Shown here one piece after another: positions 50,688 to 61,226 of a stretch of 64,000 nt of DNA. The position numbers and the translations under genes were made by a program. The DNA is from Candidatus Falkowbacteria bacterium. Its GTDB lineage: Bacteria; Patescibacteriota; Patescibacteriia; UBA11705; JABHMO01. Under the pieces are notes generated by a model. The model was not told the DNA's origin, made no database searches, and was given only the letters and a program-made list of their open reading frames with translations. Each line of letters starts with the position of its first letter. Position 1 is the first letter of the stretch. Location of the stretch: assembly GCA_018674305.1 (NCBI GenBank), contig JABHAL010000004.1, forward strand, positions 446-64,445, read 5' to 3'.

Positions 50688-51969
50688 CATGAAGCGCCTC
50701 AAAGAAGAGCGCAAAAAGATCAAGAAGATTCTCTACACACCTGATGAAGTCAAGGCAATCATTGCCGGAATCAAGCCGATCATTCAGGGAATTTCCGATG
50801 AAGATGTGTACAAGTTCACGATGCAACAGGGCGCCTATCTCGGACAGTCTTTCAATGGCTCAAAGAACTTTTGCGATCTGGATGTAGAGTACGACTTTAA
50901 CGATCGGAAAGGTACGGTTTACCCAGAAGGCTTTGCCGATGCAGTTACGCGCCAGGTCCGACTCATGGGCAATATGCGTCTCCAAGACTGGGAACGAAAA
51001 GGCTTTGAAAGCATGTCCTGGTTCAAGCGAAGCTATCTTGATTTTCTCAGTAGCTATCGCTATGACCCGAGTGAAGTTACAGTTCGACAAGACAGAAAGG
51101 GGCGCCTTTTTATCAAAGTAAACGGCCCCTGGTATCGTACGATCCTGTGGGAAGTTCCCATCCTGGCGATTGTCAGCGAGCTGTACTTCCACATGACCGG
51201 ACAGACTCCGAACGTTGAAACTTTTGAGACCAACCTGGTCAACAAGACCTTCAACTTCAATCGTCCTGGCTTCACTTACATCGACTTTGGTACCCGTCGT
51301 CGAGTTTCTTACCTGACCCAGGAAGCAGTTTGTCTCTATATGGCACAGACCATTCCTGACAACTTCCTTGGTACGAGCAATTGCTATATTGCTTTCAAGA
51401 ATGGACTCAAGGCGTTCGGTACTCATGCTCATGAATGGTTCATGGCACACCAAGCGATGTTTGGTACTCGCATGGCCAACGAAATGGGTTTAGAATCCTG
51501 GGTTCGTATGTACGATGGTGCACTGGGCATTGCCCTTACCGACACTTTCACCACTGCGAACTTCCTTGAGGCTTTTGGTAAGCGTTACGCTGAGCTTTTC
51601 ACTGGAGTTCGTCACGACAGTGGCTGTCCATTTGAATTTGGTGAAGCGATAATCAAACATTACGAAAGGCTGGGAATTGACCCCAAAAGCAAGGCCATCG
51701 TCTTTAGCGATGGACTGGATGACAAGCTGGCCGTTGAACTTCACGAAAAGTTCTATGGCCGTATCGGCGTATCCTTTGGTATCGGAACATTCTTATCCAA
51801 TGACGTTGGATTTAAGCCCCTATCCATTGTGATCAAAATCAGCAAATGTCGATGGTTAGGAACTGAACGCTGGATCTACGTAGTCAAACTGTCCGACAAT
51901 CCAGCCAAACACCACGGTCCGCCAGAGGCTATTACCAATACTCAGTATGACATTGGTTTAGCAGCTTAA
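50680..51969 (+). CDS. pncB: Nicotinate phosphoribosyltransferase
   Basis: DFGTRRR, VRHDSG, and C-terminal GIGTFL motifs. Confidence 0.8.
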   Translation: MLDMKRLKEERKKIKKILYTPDEVKAIIAGIKPIIQGISDEDVYKFTMQQGAYLGQSFNGSKNFCDLDVEYDFNDRKGTVYPEGFADAVTRQVRLMGNMRLQDWERKGFESMSWFKRSYLDFLSSYRYDPSEVTVRQDRKGRLFIKVNGPWYRTILWEVPILAIVSELYFHMTGQTPNVETFETNLVNKTFNFNRPGFTYIDFGTRRRVSYLTQEAVCLYMAQTIPDNFLGTSNCYIAFKNGLKAFGTHAHEWFMAHQAMFGTRMANEMGLESWVRMYDGALGIALTDTFTTANFLEAFGKRYAELFTGVRHDSGCPFEFGEAIIKHYERLGIDPKSKAIVFSDGLDDKLAVELHEKFYGRIGVSFGIGTFLSNDVGFKPLSIVIKISKCRWLGTERWIYVVKLSDNPAKHHGPPEAITNTQYDIGLAA

Positions 51970-52185
51970 ACTTAAACATAACCCTACTTTCACACTTGGA
52001 AGTAGGGTTTTTTTGTCACAAACAAACGACTTTGTTTTCCCAAAGGGACCAGATTGTGGTAAATTAAAACAAAAACTACACAAAACAGTTGACTTTATGT
52101 GAAAAGTATGTTGTAATTATTAATCGTTTACTAGGTACCTACTACCTTAGACTAGATATCTAAAAAGTAGGGAAGGAGTTCTTTT

Positions 52186-52680
52186 ATGAGTACCGTAACA
52201 ATTGGCCTGTTTGGAACTTGTGGTGGCAGTGTTTGGCGGGATACTTTCATGAAACGCTATGAACAAGAAGGTATCGCCTTTTTCAACCCAGTGGTTGAAG
52301 ACTGGGATCCCAGCATGGCCGAGGTGGAAGCTGAACATCTGGCAAACGATGAAATCATCCTGTTCCCTGTAACCAAAGAGTCCTATGGCTCTGGTTCATT
52401 GGCAGAGGTTGGTTTCTCCATTCTCCAGGCCATTCGCCTGGATGACCGGCGCGACTTTGTCATCCTGATCGACATGGACCTGGATGAAAGCTTGGATGAC
52501 CCGATTGCACGGAAAGACTCTATCAGGGCCCGCGCCCTGGTCAAGCAACATCTGAAGAAGCAACGGCTCAAGAACGTGTACTTGGTTGAGTCGTTGGAAG
52601 AAATGCTGGAAGTAAGTGTGCAACTGCACGAAGCCGCCAGCATCCACAGTGGACTGAGGAGATTCAATCCTCACCGCTAG
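52186..52680 (+). CDS. Nucleoside 2-deoxyribosyltransferase-like protein (paralog of 48069..48536)
   Basis: Shares the W..E...DEIILFPV..ES.GS..E.G pattern. Confidence 0.4.
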   Translation: MSTVTIGLFGTCGGSVWRDTFMKRYEQEGIAFFNPVVEDWDPSMAEVEAEHLANDEIILFPVTKESYGSGSLAEVGFSILQAIRLDDRRDFVILIDMDLDESLDDPIARKDSIRARALVKQHLKKQRLKNVYLVESLEEMLEVSVQLHEAASIHSGLRRFNPHR

Positions 52681-52689
52681 ACAACCATG

Positions 52690-52728
52690 AACCGCATCAA
52701 CATCTTAATGTTGATGCGGTTTTTCATT
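52690..52728. terminator. Intrinsic terminator (accgcatcaacat ctta atgttgatgcggt TTTT)
   Basis: Perfect 13-bp stem. Confidence 0.85.
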
Positions 52729-52776
52729 ATTATACAATTATAAAAAGTCCTGGTAGTTACCAAGACTTTTATGTTT

Positions 52777-53838
52777 TTATTTCCTTCCAGCAAACGTGTC
52801 AAAGAATTCAACTCCCAACGCTTTAGCGTCTCGGAAAGTTCGATTAAACTCCTGCCATTCCACAGGTATTGATTCCAACCCAACATTGGCTCCAATTAAC
52901 GCACCCACAATTGCCGCATTAGTATCAGTGTCACCGCCAGCGTTAACTGCTTCCAGTACACCTGCTCGGAAGTTAGTTGGATTACGAAAGAAAATTGCAA
53001 TGGCAAAAGGAATTGATTCCAAGGAATAACAACTACAACCGTTTTGTTGAATCAAGCCATTTAGATTCGACAGCAAACCATTCTCATGAATCTTTTGTAA
53101 CCGGTCTGAAATTTTATCAGTATAATCATGGTAAGCTGAATACAATTTTTCAGCAGCCCTGACCGTTTTGACCAAAGCCTTGAACTTCAAATCTACCTTT
53201 CTAGAACCAACGTCCATTTCATCCTTAACCGATGAGGACATTAACCAGCAAATTGCATAAGCAGCAATCGAAGCACGAATATCTGAATGAGTGGCCATAC
53301 CCTGCTCCACACATATAGACATCATTTTACCACCAGTTACTCCACCATTAGCTAGGGCAACATACATAGCCAGTGGCGCAATTTTCATAGCTACGCCATT
53401 GCCACAACCCTGATTCGGCGCTGGTCGATTACTATGATTTCTCGGATCCTTGCCTTCCCGACCATCAGTCTGAAAAAAACGTTGGATCTGAAAAATAGAA
53501 TTCCGCGTTGAGCCTCCCCAACCAGCAGTACTTTCATTAGCTTCACGAATCTGCTCTTTGAGCATATCCTCAAAATCATAACCCTTACAACGAATCAATG
53601 ATTTTGCCAACGCTCGAGTCAACTGCCAGTCATCAGTAGTTTCACCAGCTTTAAAATTACTAATGCTATCAAAACGAGTTTGCTTAGCATCAAGAAAACC
53701 AGTAACACCACCTGGTACAGCTTTTTCTATCTGATCATCAGTCATAGTTTCAACGGGCATGCCCATTGCATCGCCAATGGCAACGCCAAGAAAGCAAGCC
53801 TGAACTTTACTGCGGAATAATTCATTCAAGTCCTGCAT
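52777..53838 (-). CDS. ADP-ribosylglycohydrolase family protein
   Basis: FLGVAIGDAMGMPVE signature and C-terminal acidic metal-site residues. Confidence 0.75.
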   Translation of the reverse strand: MQDLNELFRSKVQACFLGVAIGDAMGMPVETMTDDQIEKAVPGGVTGFLDAKQTRFDSISNFKAGETTDDWQLTRALAKSLIRCKGYDFEDMLKEQIREANESTAGWGGSTRNSIFQIQRFFQTDGREGKDPRNHSNRPAPNQGCGNGVAMKIAPLAMYVALANGGVTGGKMMSICVEQGMATHSDIRASIAAYAICWLMSSSVKDEMDVGSRKVDLKFKALVKTVRAAEKLYSAYHDYTDKISDRLQKIHENGLLSNLNGLIQQNGCSCYSLESIPFAIAIFFRNPTNFRAGVLEAVNAGGDTDTNAAIVGALIGANVGLESIPVEWQEFNRTFRDAKALGVEFFDTFAGRK

Positions 53839-54006
53839 GAGAACCTCCATATATTTATTTTTTACAAAGAACCGTTCATAGACATTATATATTATAGTAT
53901 TAATAATTTTTAGTCAATGATAAAAAACATATATATTAATTGACAATTTGGCTTAATTTTCATACAATTAAGTATAAATATGTTCATTCAACAAAGGAGA
54001 AAATAA

Positions 54007-54470
54007 TGAAGAACTCATCTTGGATTGTTGTTTTTATGTTTTCATGTTTTTATGTTTTTATGTTCAATGGTTGTTCAATCATTAAAAAACAATGCGAAGC
54101 CCCACCAGGACCTTGCGACATCGCCGACTGGCAAACGCATTGCAAGCAAAGCATTGATGATTTGGACTGGCTAAGGGCTCATTACTTCAACAACACTTAT
54201 TGCTTTTGCCAAGATCTAAAAACCACAGCAATTATTGTTTCAGATGAATGTTTACAATTAGCTGACAAAGCTGAAACCGAAAGAGACAAACGAGAATATC
54301 TAGTCACAGCTGGTCATCTTATCCTCTACTATGCATTTGACGAGTGCGATAAACTTGGCTCAGTTGTTTATGACAGATTAACCAAAGCCAAATTACATAA
54401 ACAAGCCAAGCAGTTTGCTAAAGAATGCAAGATTGCACATTACCAACTCTCAGAAGAAGAGTTACCATGA
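54007..54470 (+). CDS. Putative lipoprotein (signal peptide plus lipobox-like NGC)
   Basis: AAAGGAG RBS. A TTGACA-17-TACAAT promoter lies upstream at ~53940. Confidence 0.45.
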
Positions 54471-54482
54471 AAAAATATTAAA

Positions 54483-54517
54483 CCCCACCTTCTATTAAAG
54501 GTGGGGCTTTTTCTTTA
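54483..54517. terminator. Bidirectional intrinsic terminator (ccccacct...aggtgggg TTTTT)
   Basis: Perfect 8-bp stem between convergent genes. Confidence 0.8.
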
Positions 54518-55300
54518 CGGAGTAAAGAAATTGTTTTGAGCACTCTTCGGATTAACCTTGGCCTGTGATGCGCGGATCACAGACTGACTAACCAGTTGGA
54601 AAACCCGACGAACATCAGACGGGGTATCACCAGCTTCAAGAACTGCACCAGCCGGAATACCCATGTCCTTGGCCACATCTTTGAATCCGTGATTTCCCAA
54701 TCCAACCATAGCCAGAACAAAGGTTTCAGAATCCAGAAGATCCTTGGCCAAAGTTGCACAATCCGCAGCAGTGTGCTGACGAGAGCCATAATCCTGACCA
54801 TCAGTAATCACTACAGCAATGCTACGCACAGTTGTTCCAGAGTCGCGAAGCTGCTGAGCATAAGTAACATTAGCAGACAAAGTCTCAACCCACTTGTCAT
54901 AAAGAGGAGTGCAACCACCAGGATGGTAACTTTTATTATCCAATTTTTCAGCATCCACAACTTTCAGATAAGAGTGATAAGGGTTGTCTCTGTTCAAGGC
55001 CCACATTCCAAGCAAAAATGAATCCTTCTGTTTGGAATCAACCAGCGCTTCAATCAAAGCATTCTGGCCATCAATAACCGCACCAACAACATCCCACATA
55101 GAACTTGAGTCATCAATCAAGAGACTTACCAAGGCAACTTCAGTTGCATCGATCTCATCAAGGTCCAATCCATCGCAACCCATGAGAACATTATCATCAA
55201 GACTTACGCACATTAGGTCACGCGATGGCAAAGAGATGATCCCATGATCAGCTGCATCACCTAGAACACTTTTTACAGTACCAATATCAGGTTTACTCAT
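54515..55300 (-). CDS. von Willebrand factor A domain protein (TerY-like)
   Basis: MIDAS DDSSSM and VVITDGQD motifs. Confidence 0.6.
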   Translation of the reverse strand: MSKPDIGTVKSVLGDAADHGIISLPSRDLMCVSLDDNVLMGCDGLDLDEIDATEVALVSLLIDDSSSMWDVVGAVIDGQNALIEALVDSKQKDSFLLGMWALNRDNPYHSYLKVVDAEKLDNKSYHPGGCTPLYDKWVETLSANVTYAQQLRDSGTTVRSIAVVITDGQDYGSRQHTAADCATLAKDLLDSETFVLAMVGLGNHGFKDVAKDMGIPAGAVLEAGDTPSDVRRVFQLVSQSVIRASQAKVNPKSAQNNFFTP

Positions 55301-55416
55301 AATAATCTCCTATGAGTTAAAAGATTAAAGTTGAAAGTTAAACACAAGAAATTAACTCAGACAAAGACGGTTCCCTCCTCCGACTTAAGTCGGAGGAGGG
55401 TTTGTTATTTTTAGGT

Positions 55417-56412
55417 TTACGCAGCGATGTCGATAACGTCAGTAGACTTGACTACGTGCATACCCGCAGCGCGGAAATCATCCAGCGCATCCTTGGCCAT
55501 CTGCGGGAAGTCAACGATAACTGCACCAGTATTAGGATCAGTCACGGCCGGAACCGGAGACATGCAATCCTCCAGAATATAAACCTTGTCCACCAGACTA
55601 GGATCAACAGCGTTAATTTCACGCAGCAAGTCTTCAATCGTGGTCTTAACGCAATGACTGGAAGCCTGACCAGCAATGTAGATCCGATCATTTTCCATCA
55701 AAGCCTTGAAGAACTTGGTATTGAACTGGCCAACCACTCGACCAGCCACATCCTTCACTTCAGGCGAAAGAACTGAATAGTTCTCAGTCAGAGGATGAAC
55801 ACCCTTGGTCTCAAACTTGGTCTGCTTGCGACGAGCTACTGCATGGAACATAGCTGCTTCAAAAACTGCCGGAACCATCGCATGCCCAACACAACCAAGC
55901 ATGGTGTGATACGGCCAAACGCAAAGCATATATTTGCCAGTTTTCTCAAGCTCCTCGCAATATGCAATGCACTCATGCGGATAAAGTGCTGGCACATACT
56001 TGCCACTCTTAATATCCGCAACAGAAATGAGCGTGAACGGAGCAGGGTGCTTGCCGGTTGCACTCTCAATCCAGAAAGAAGGATGGAAAATCTGGTAAGC
56101 TTTGTGCGTATCCAGAGAAAAATGCATCTCTGTGATCAGCCCCAGATTTTTGTAAATGAACTCACACAATCTGGCACTGTCTTCCATTGCGCCAGGGACA
56201 GACAAACTACCAGAAGTCAAACAAAAATCATTCTGTACATCAATACCGAAAAGTGCAATTTTGAATTTATCATCTACTGACGGCTTCAAGCCATGCACCT
56301 TGGCAAAATCAGTTGCCTCCTCAGCAACCATCGCCTTACGAGAAAGATACAGATCGCCAACCTTGCTAGCGTCATAAAAACTCGGAAACGGAAAAATTTT
56401 AGCATTACTCAT
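55417..56412 (-). CDS. Isochorismatase-family hydrolase (divergent nicotinamidase-like) with an N-terminal extension
   Basis: IALFGIDVQNDFC motif. GGAG RBS. Confidence 0.5.
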   Translation of the reverse strand: MSNAKIFPFPSFYDASKVGDLYLSRKAMVAEEATDFAKVHGLKPSVDDKFKIALFGIDVQNDFCLTSGSLSVPGAMEDSARLCEFIYKNLGLITEMHFSLDTHKAYQIFHPSFWIESATGKHPAPFTLISVADIKSGKYVPALYPHECIAYCEELEKTGKYMLCVWPYHTMLGCVGHAMVPAVFEAAMFHAVARRKQTKFETKGVHPLTENYSVLSPEVKDVAGRVVGQFNTKFFKALMENDRIYIAGQASSHCVKTTIEDLLREINAVDPSLVDKVYILEDCMSPVPAVTDPNTGAVIVDFPQMAKDALDDFRAAGMHVVKSTDVIDIAA

Positions 56413-56451
56413 AATAGGCTCCTAAAAAGTTAAAAGGTAAAAGTAATAACA

Positions 56452-58269
56452 TTAACTCAAGCGAAGAAGACGAATCTCCTTTTCAGAAATTACGTAAACT
56501 CCTCCTGCTGCTGAAATTAATTCACATGATTCATCAACAAACTTTTCTGTGTCAGAAAAAAGTTTAGCTTCAACAAAGTAACCATTTTCAGGATTTAGTA
56601 AAAGCAAACCCTCATCAGTTGCACATAGTACATTGTTACCACCAAGTGCTTTGCCACGAATTGTCTTTAACGATCGACTATTGTCTGCCTCCTCTTCTCT
56701 TTCAGCAATTAACTTACCGTTCTTATCGAGAAGGTAAATAACGTTAATAGTCTTACCATTTTCTACCCGAGACAAAGTGAATAAAACTGAATCATGAGTA
56801 AAATAGCATTCCGCGTCAACCAACTGTCCTTTAATCTCAGGTAACTTCACGTTGTCATTAAGAAACCCCTTGTGAGCATCAAAGACAAAGTAAACAGTCT
56901 TAAGTCCGACTCGGTAAAAACCAAAGCCGAAATCTGGTCCAACTTTGAACCAAGTCTGATTTTCCAGAATCTGTCCCACGATTTCCTGATCATTTTCAGC
57001 TAGGTAATCACCGGAGAGGGTAAAAAAATCAGATTGATTACTGGTAAACATTGGCAACTTACCAAGACCACCAACGGGAATTATCTGTTCAACCTTTTCA
57101 TTACGAATTACAGCAATCTTTTTACCGGAGCCAATCAAAGTACGGTCTCCCATCAAGGCAAAACGCATTGTTCGATCAGCTTTTTCCAAAATCACTTTTT
57201 GTTGGGTTTCCCGGCGAAGAGTATCACCTTCTTCGTAAAGATAACGCAGTTTAGGTCCCTGCAATTCGGCTAAAATAATTCTACCTCTGGTTTGAAACAC
57301 CCTCGTCGCAGTACAACTACCGTTTATTACTGTAGCTTGTACTAATGCCGGGTCCCTTTGCACACAAGTCGGACAAACACGACGAGCATGATAAACTCCG
57401 CACTTAGCACACTCCGTCCACCGAATACTTTTCAGTAGATTAAGATCTAGCTTAGCTCTTTGTTTATCGTCAAAGAGCAAGCTAAAGTAGTTAAGTAACT
57501 CATCCGGCAAAACCCCATAATGAATTGCCGCTTTGGGATACTTTACTTGGTCATCAAAAACTGAAACTGCTGCTTCAGCTCGACGAAGCATGGTTTTGAA
57601 TCCTTTATGAATGCCACCGTAAGGATGAACATACAAAAGGCTTTGAAAAAGCATGACCGCAAAAGCATAGTAATCACTTTCGCAAGTAAAAACTGCTCTA
57701 GAAGAAAAGTCCTGTCCGAACAAAAGAGGATCCAGAAACCTTTCTGTGGCCATAACACAGGGCAAACCAGCAAACTGCATACTGTCAGTGTCAATCAAGT
57801 AACTTTTTTGATCTTTGAATAGAACATTCAAATCATTAAAGTCACCAATAATCACACTTCGAGTATGCAAACCATCAACTGCCTGACCTAAGTCACCGAA
57901 AATTTCCATTACTTCAGAGTTATCAATTCCACCTTGGCGAAATTTCTTTTGCGAAAGCATATAAGCTACTTCAGCGCCAGAAACTTTAGGCATTACATAG
58001 CCGACAATTTCACCTTTTACATCTTTGGCAAGAGCGATAGGTGAAATTACATTTTTCGGCAAATTCTGAGGAAACTTTCTCAGTTTTTCAAGCTTGATCC
58101 TATGCATCATTTGCCACAGATCTTTACGATCTTGCTCCCAACCTTTCTCTGGTTTATGAAAAATCTTTACTGCTTTGTCTCGCCAGTTGAAAACCTGAGC
58201 CTCACCGCCAGTTCCCAAAATATCTTTGGGAGACAGACGGACTTTTTTACCTTCTATGTAAACATCCAT
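56452..58269 (-). CDS. Atypical protein kinase-like protein (RIO/Bud32-like core) with a C-terminal Zn ribbon
   Basis: LGTGGEAQVF...AVKIF glycine loop and lysine. IGDFNDLNVLF...YLIDTDS resembles the catalytic and DFG regions. CAKC...CPTC. Confidence 0.45.
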   Translation of the reverse strand: MDVYIEGKKVRLSPKDILGTGGEAQVFNWRDKAVKIFHKPEKGWEQDRKDLWQMMHRIKLEKLRKFPQNLPKNVISPIALAKDVKGEIVGYVMPKVSGAEVAYMLSQKKFRQGGIDNSEVMEIFGDLGQAVDGLHTRSVIIGDFNDLNVLFKDQKSYLIDTDSMQFAGLPCVMATERFLDPLLFGQDFSSRAVFTCESDYYAFAVMLFQSLLYVHPYGGIHKGFKTMLRRAEAAVSVFDDQVKYPKAAIHYGVLPDELLNYFSLLFDDKQRAKLDLNLLKSIRWTECAKCGVYHARRVCPTCVQRDPALVQATVINGSCTATRVFQTRGRIILAELQGPKLRYLYEEGDTLRRETQQKVILEKADRTMRFALMGDRTLIGSGKKIAVIRNEKVEQIIPVGGLGKLPMFTSNQSDFFTLSGDYLAENDQEIVGQILENQTWFKVGPDFGFGFYRVGLKTVYFVFDAHKGFLNDNVKLPEIKGQLVDAECYFTHDSVLFTLSRVENGKTINVIYLLDKNGKLIAEREEEADNSRSLKTIRGKALGGNNVLCATDEGLLLLNPENGYFVEAKLFSDTEKFVDESCELISAAGGVYVISEKEIRLLRLS

Positions 58270-58374
58270 TGCTTCCTCCGGAAGAAATTCTAATTTCCTA
58301 AATCCTAAACATCAAATAATATCAAATGTTCAAACCAATAAATTTAAATTTTGAACTTTGTATTTGTTTAGAAT

Positions 58375-59154
58375 TTAGATATTAGTGATTGGGATTTGTA
58401 ATTCTTGCTTTCTAACAAGAATTACCGTTGTATCGTCATGTAAAAGTTTATGATTATTACCAAGAACGTTCAGTCGCTTTTGAACCAAAGCTTTATTTTT
58501 CAAATACTTTGACCCAGTTTCAAAATCTAGCAAGTCTCCAACTTTCATTTCTTTGCCAAGCAAAGAAATATCTTCCTCACTTCTTTCAAATAACTCACTA
58601 AAGCCATCGGTGGCAATTAGCAAACTGTCGACTTCAGAAGTTGGTAGGTCATGCTGAATTTTAACTTTTGCTGAACCATAAGTTAAATATTCAGGTTCAT
58701 TATTTTGATCAATTTCTGTAACTTCTCCATTCAGAGAAATCACCCCATCACCAAAGCTAAAGATAATCGTTCTTTCTTCGGTCAAAATAAATCCGACCAA
58801 AGTAAAAAGCCAATAACTATAGGTGTCAGGAGCTTCTACTATCCCTAAACACTGATTAAAGCGACGCAGACTAAGCAAAAATTGCCTGGCCGCATCGTTC
58901 AAAAAGTACTCCCAATCATTTGGCAATTCATCTGGACAAATTTCAATCATCTGTCGTAAATGATTAGCCATAAATCGGACTCCTAACTTCGCTCCTACTT
59001 CAGAATGCCTCCCTGAGCCACAACCATCACTAACTAAACCAATAACTACTCGTTCAGTTGTGGCAATAGTTAAAGCATCTTGATTGTTCTTGAAACCTTT
59101 GTGATGATAAGATCCAATGACGCTTCCACCTTGAATAGCGAATTTATCCAACAT
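58375..59154 (-). CDS. PP2C-family Ser/Thr protein phosphatase
   Basis: LVSDGCGSG and LLIATDGFSE motifs. Confidence 0.6.
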   Translation of the reverse strand: MLDKFAIQGGSVIGSYHHKGFKNNQDALTIATTERVVIGLVSDGCGSGRHSEVGAKLGVRFMANHLRQMIEICPDELPNDWEYFLNDAARQFLLSLRRFNQCLGIVEAPDTYSYWLFTLVGFILTEERTIIFSFGDGVISLNGEVTEIDQNNEPEYLTYGSAKVKIQHDLPTSEVDSLLIATDGFSELFERSEEDISLLGKEMKVGDLLDFETGSKYLKNKALVQKRLNVLGNNHKLLHDDTTVILVRKQELQIPITNI

Positions 59155-59291
59155 TATATTTCTCCTATTTATGTAACTATGATTGTCAAAGTTCTATACT
59201 CACTATGAATTCTTCCTTGTAAAAAGCCGAAGCAAATCACAGAGAAGAAAAACGCAAGATGTAATTTCCCCACAATATGTTTTTAGGAAAT

Positions 59292-59353
59292 AGTGTAATG
59301 AATACACTTTTGTCTTACAGTTTAATCATAGTGTACTTTTTACACATTGTCAA
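59292..59353 (-). promoter_or_regulatory. Minus-strand sigma70 promoter TTGACA-17-TATGAT with GTGTA-N5-TACAC in the spacer, plus a second GTGTA-N5-TACAC copy 40 bp away
   Basis: Reverse complement: cttgacaatgtgtaaaaagtacactatgat. The second palindrome is agtgtaatgaatacact at 59292-59308. Confidence 0.6.
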
Positions 59354-59511
59354 GTCTTTTTGTTAATTTAAAACAAAAACTAGCTAAAGTTAGCTAATAA
59401 TTCCTGTGGGCAAAGGGTTAAAAATGACACTTATGTTTAAATTGAATCCTTGTAATCTCGTAAACAAAAAAACGTCTACTTAACTTTGTAAGTAGACGCT
59501 TATGATTTCAG

Positions 59512-60525
59512 TTAAAGAACAATGTCTTCAATGTGCGGCAGACCAAGGTCTTCTCGACCCAGATTCAGCGTACCTCGCCGCTTGAAGGCTCCGTTCAACG
59601 CTCTTTCCGCCAAACTGTGAATCAGTTCATACGGATAATCATCGATGATGGGAAGATCATTCAACTGATTTTTGTCTCCATCCGGATCAAAGCCAACCTG
59701 AATCAGCTTGATCATAACCTCATCGATCACGTCGTAATTTGCACGGAGTTCATCTTCATCATTCTTGCTGATTCCGAGATCAGCATCCGGCTTGCGGTTG
59801 ATTACCTCTTCCGGAACACAAAGCCGCCTGGCAAAGGCCTTCATCTCCTTTCCCTTGAGAACATTCTGGATCATTCCGAAATCACCAACATCACCGCAGA
59901 TAGTCCAGAAGGCCATCCAGAATTCCGACAGATTGTCGGTCGAAAGAACAAGTCCCTTCATAAGCCTGGCAATGTGGTACGCAGTAATCATGCGCAGACG
60001 CGCCTTGATATTTCCCTGCGCAACCTTGCGAGACCAGTCCCACTGATCAAGAGCAGCCTGATTCTGTGTTTTCACCAGAATCTCTTTTACCTGCTCATTA
60101 ATACTGGCAACTGGCGAACGAGGAAGATCATTGAGTAGATGCTCAAATCGACTTTCCTCAACATAGTGCTCAAGTAGAGCTCTCCAGTCGTAGCTACCGT
60201 TTGCAATACGGAATACTTCAGTCCATTCAACCTTGATCTGATGAACACCAAATTGATTGATAACATCAAGAGCCAAACGCTCTGCATCAGGACTGGACTC
60301 AATGGGAATCATCACTGCTGTAACATCCAGACGATAACCGTCCATCTTTGCCATGTCGCGTGCATACGCCGCCGCTCCCGTAGTTACAGCACTGTCTAGA
60401 CCTCCGGATTCAGGAATAATCAAATCATGAATACCGCTGGCTTTACAATAATCATACAGGTGCAGGGCCATCGCATCAATAGCCCGGTCAATCTGCTTAG
60501 TCGTCAATCTATACTCAGTCGTCAT
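59512..60525 (-). CDS. nadE: NH3-dependent NAD+ synthetase
   Basis: PP-loop SGGLDSAV. Start trimmed to MTTEYR. Confidence 0.65.
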   Translation of the reverse strand: MTTEYRLTTKQIDRAIDAMALHLYDYCKASGIHDLIIPESGGLDSAVTTGAAAYARDMAKMDGYRLDVTAVMIPIESSPDAERLALDVINQFGVHQIKVEWTEVFRIANGSYDWRALLEHYVEESRFEHLLNDLPRSPVASINEQVKEILVKTQNQAALDQWDWSRKVAQGNIKARLRMITAYHIARLMKGLVLSTDNLSEFWMAFWTICGDVGDFGMIQNVLKGKEMKAFARRLCVPEEVINRKPDADLGISKNDEDELRANYDVIDEVMIKLIQVGFDPDGDKNQLNDLPIIDDYPYELIHSLAERALNGAFKRRGTLNLGREDLGLPHIEDIVL

Positions 60526-61123
60526 TTTCGCCTCCGTAAAGGTCATTTGCAATAATAAACTTTTCGACAATAGGGACTACCAATCCTGTAATTGGATTTC
60601 CTGCTTTTAGTCGTGCACGGACTTCAGTACTTGAACCTGCAAGTTCTTGCACCGACAAGACCTCAGCTTTAGAAGGAAGGTCCTTCTCGTTGAGAGGAAA
60701 CCCAGCCCTACTGTTGATCACAAAGTTCAAGTTTTCCCAAACTTCCTGACCGCGATACCAGCATCTCTGAATCTCAGATTCCCCAGTAGCGCCGCCTATA
60801 ATTAGATCAGTTCCAATAACGTGGAAAACCTGACCATTAATTTGCTCTCGCAAACGGCGATCCAGATCGTAAGTACGAGTAAAGGTTTGATTCGTAACGT
60901 CACTCAAGTCAACCTTCACATTTTTCAATTCTCCGAAAGTCATAATAACCATTTCTGATCTTTCCAGTGGTGTCACTGTACCAAAGTCTTTTTTGACTCT
61001 TCCCCCACAAGGCACCACTAACACTTGATCGAAAATCTCAGAAAGAGTTTTGGCAATATCAAAGTGAGCCATTGTAGGTGGATCAAAACTACCACCAAAA
61101 ATCACAACCTTTTTGTCGTTCAT
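60515..61123 (-). CDS. nadD: Nicotinate/nicotinamide mononucleotide adenylyltransferase
   Basis: GGSFDPPTMAH motif. Confidence 0.8.
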   Translation of the reverse strand: MNDKKVVIFGGSFDPPTMAHFDIAKTLSEIFDQVLVVPCGGRVKKDFGTVTPLERSEMVIMTFGELKNVKVDLSDVTNQTFTRTYDLDRRLREQINGQVFHVIGTDLIIGGATGESEIQRCWYRGQEVWENLNFVINSRAGFPLNEKDLPSKAEVLSVQELAGSSTEVRARLKAGNPITGLVVPIVEKFIIANDLYGGENDD

Positions 61124-61226
61124 TTTGCAACCTCATTGTAAAGATCTATTATTCAATAAAATTCATAAATATATTCTGAACTTTATTGAATGGGAATTAG
61201 CTATGAGCTAATTCCCATGTGTTTAT

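Noticed and set aside
50202-51453. Antisense ORFs within nadK/pncB (50202..50633, 50860..51453 and others)
   Set aside because: The opposite strand carries well-supported conserved genes.
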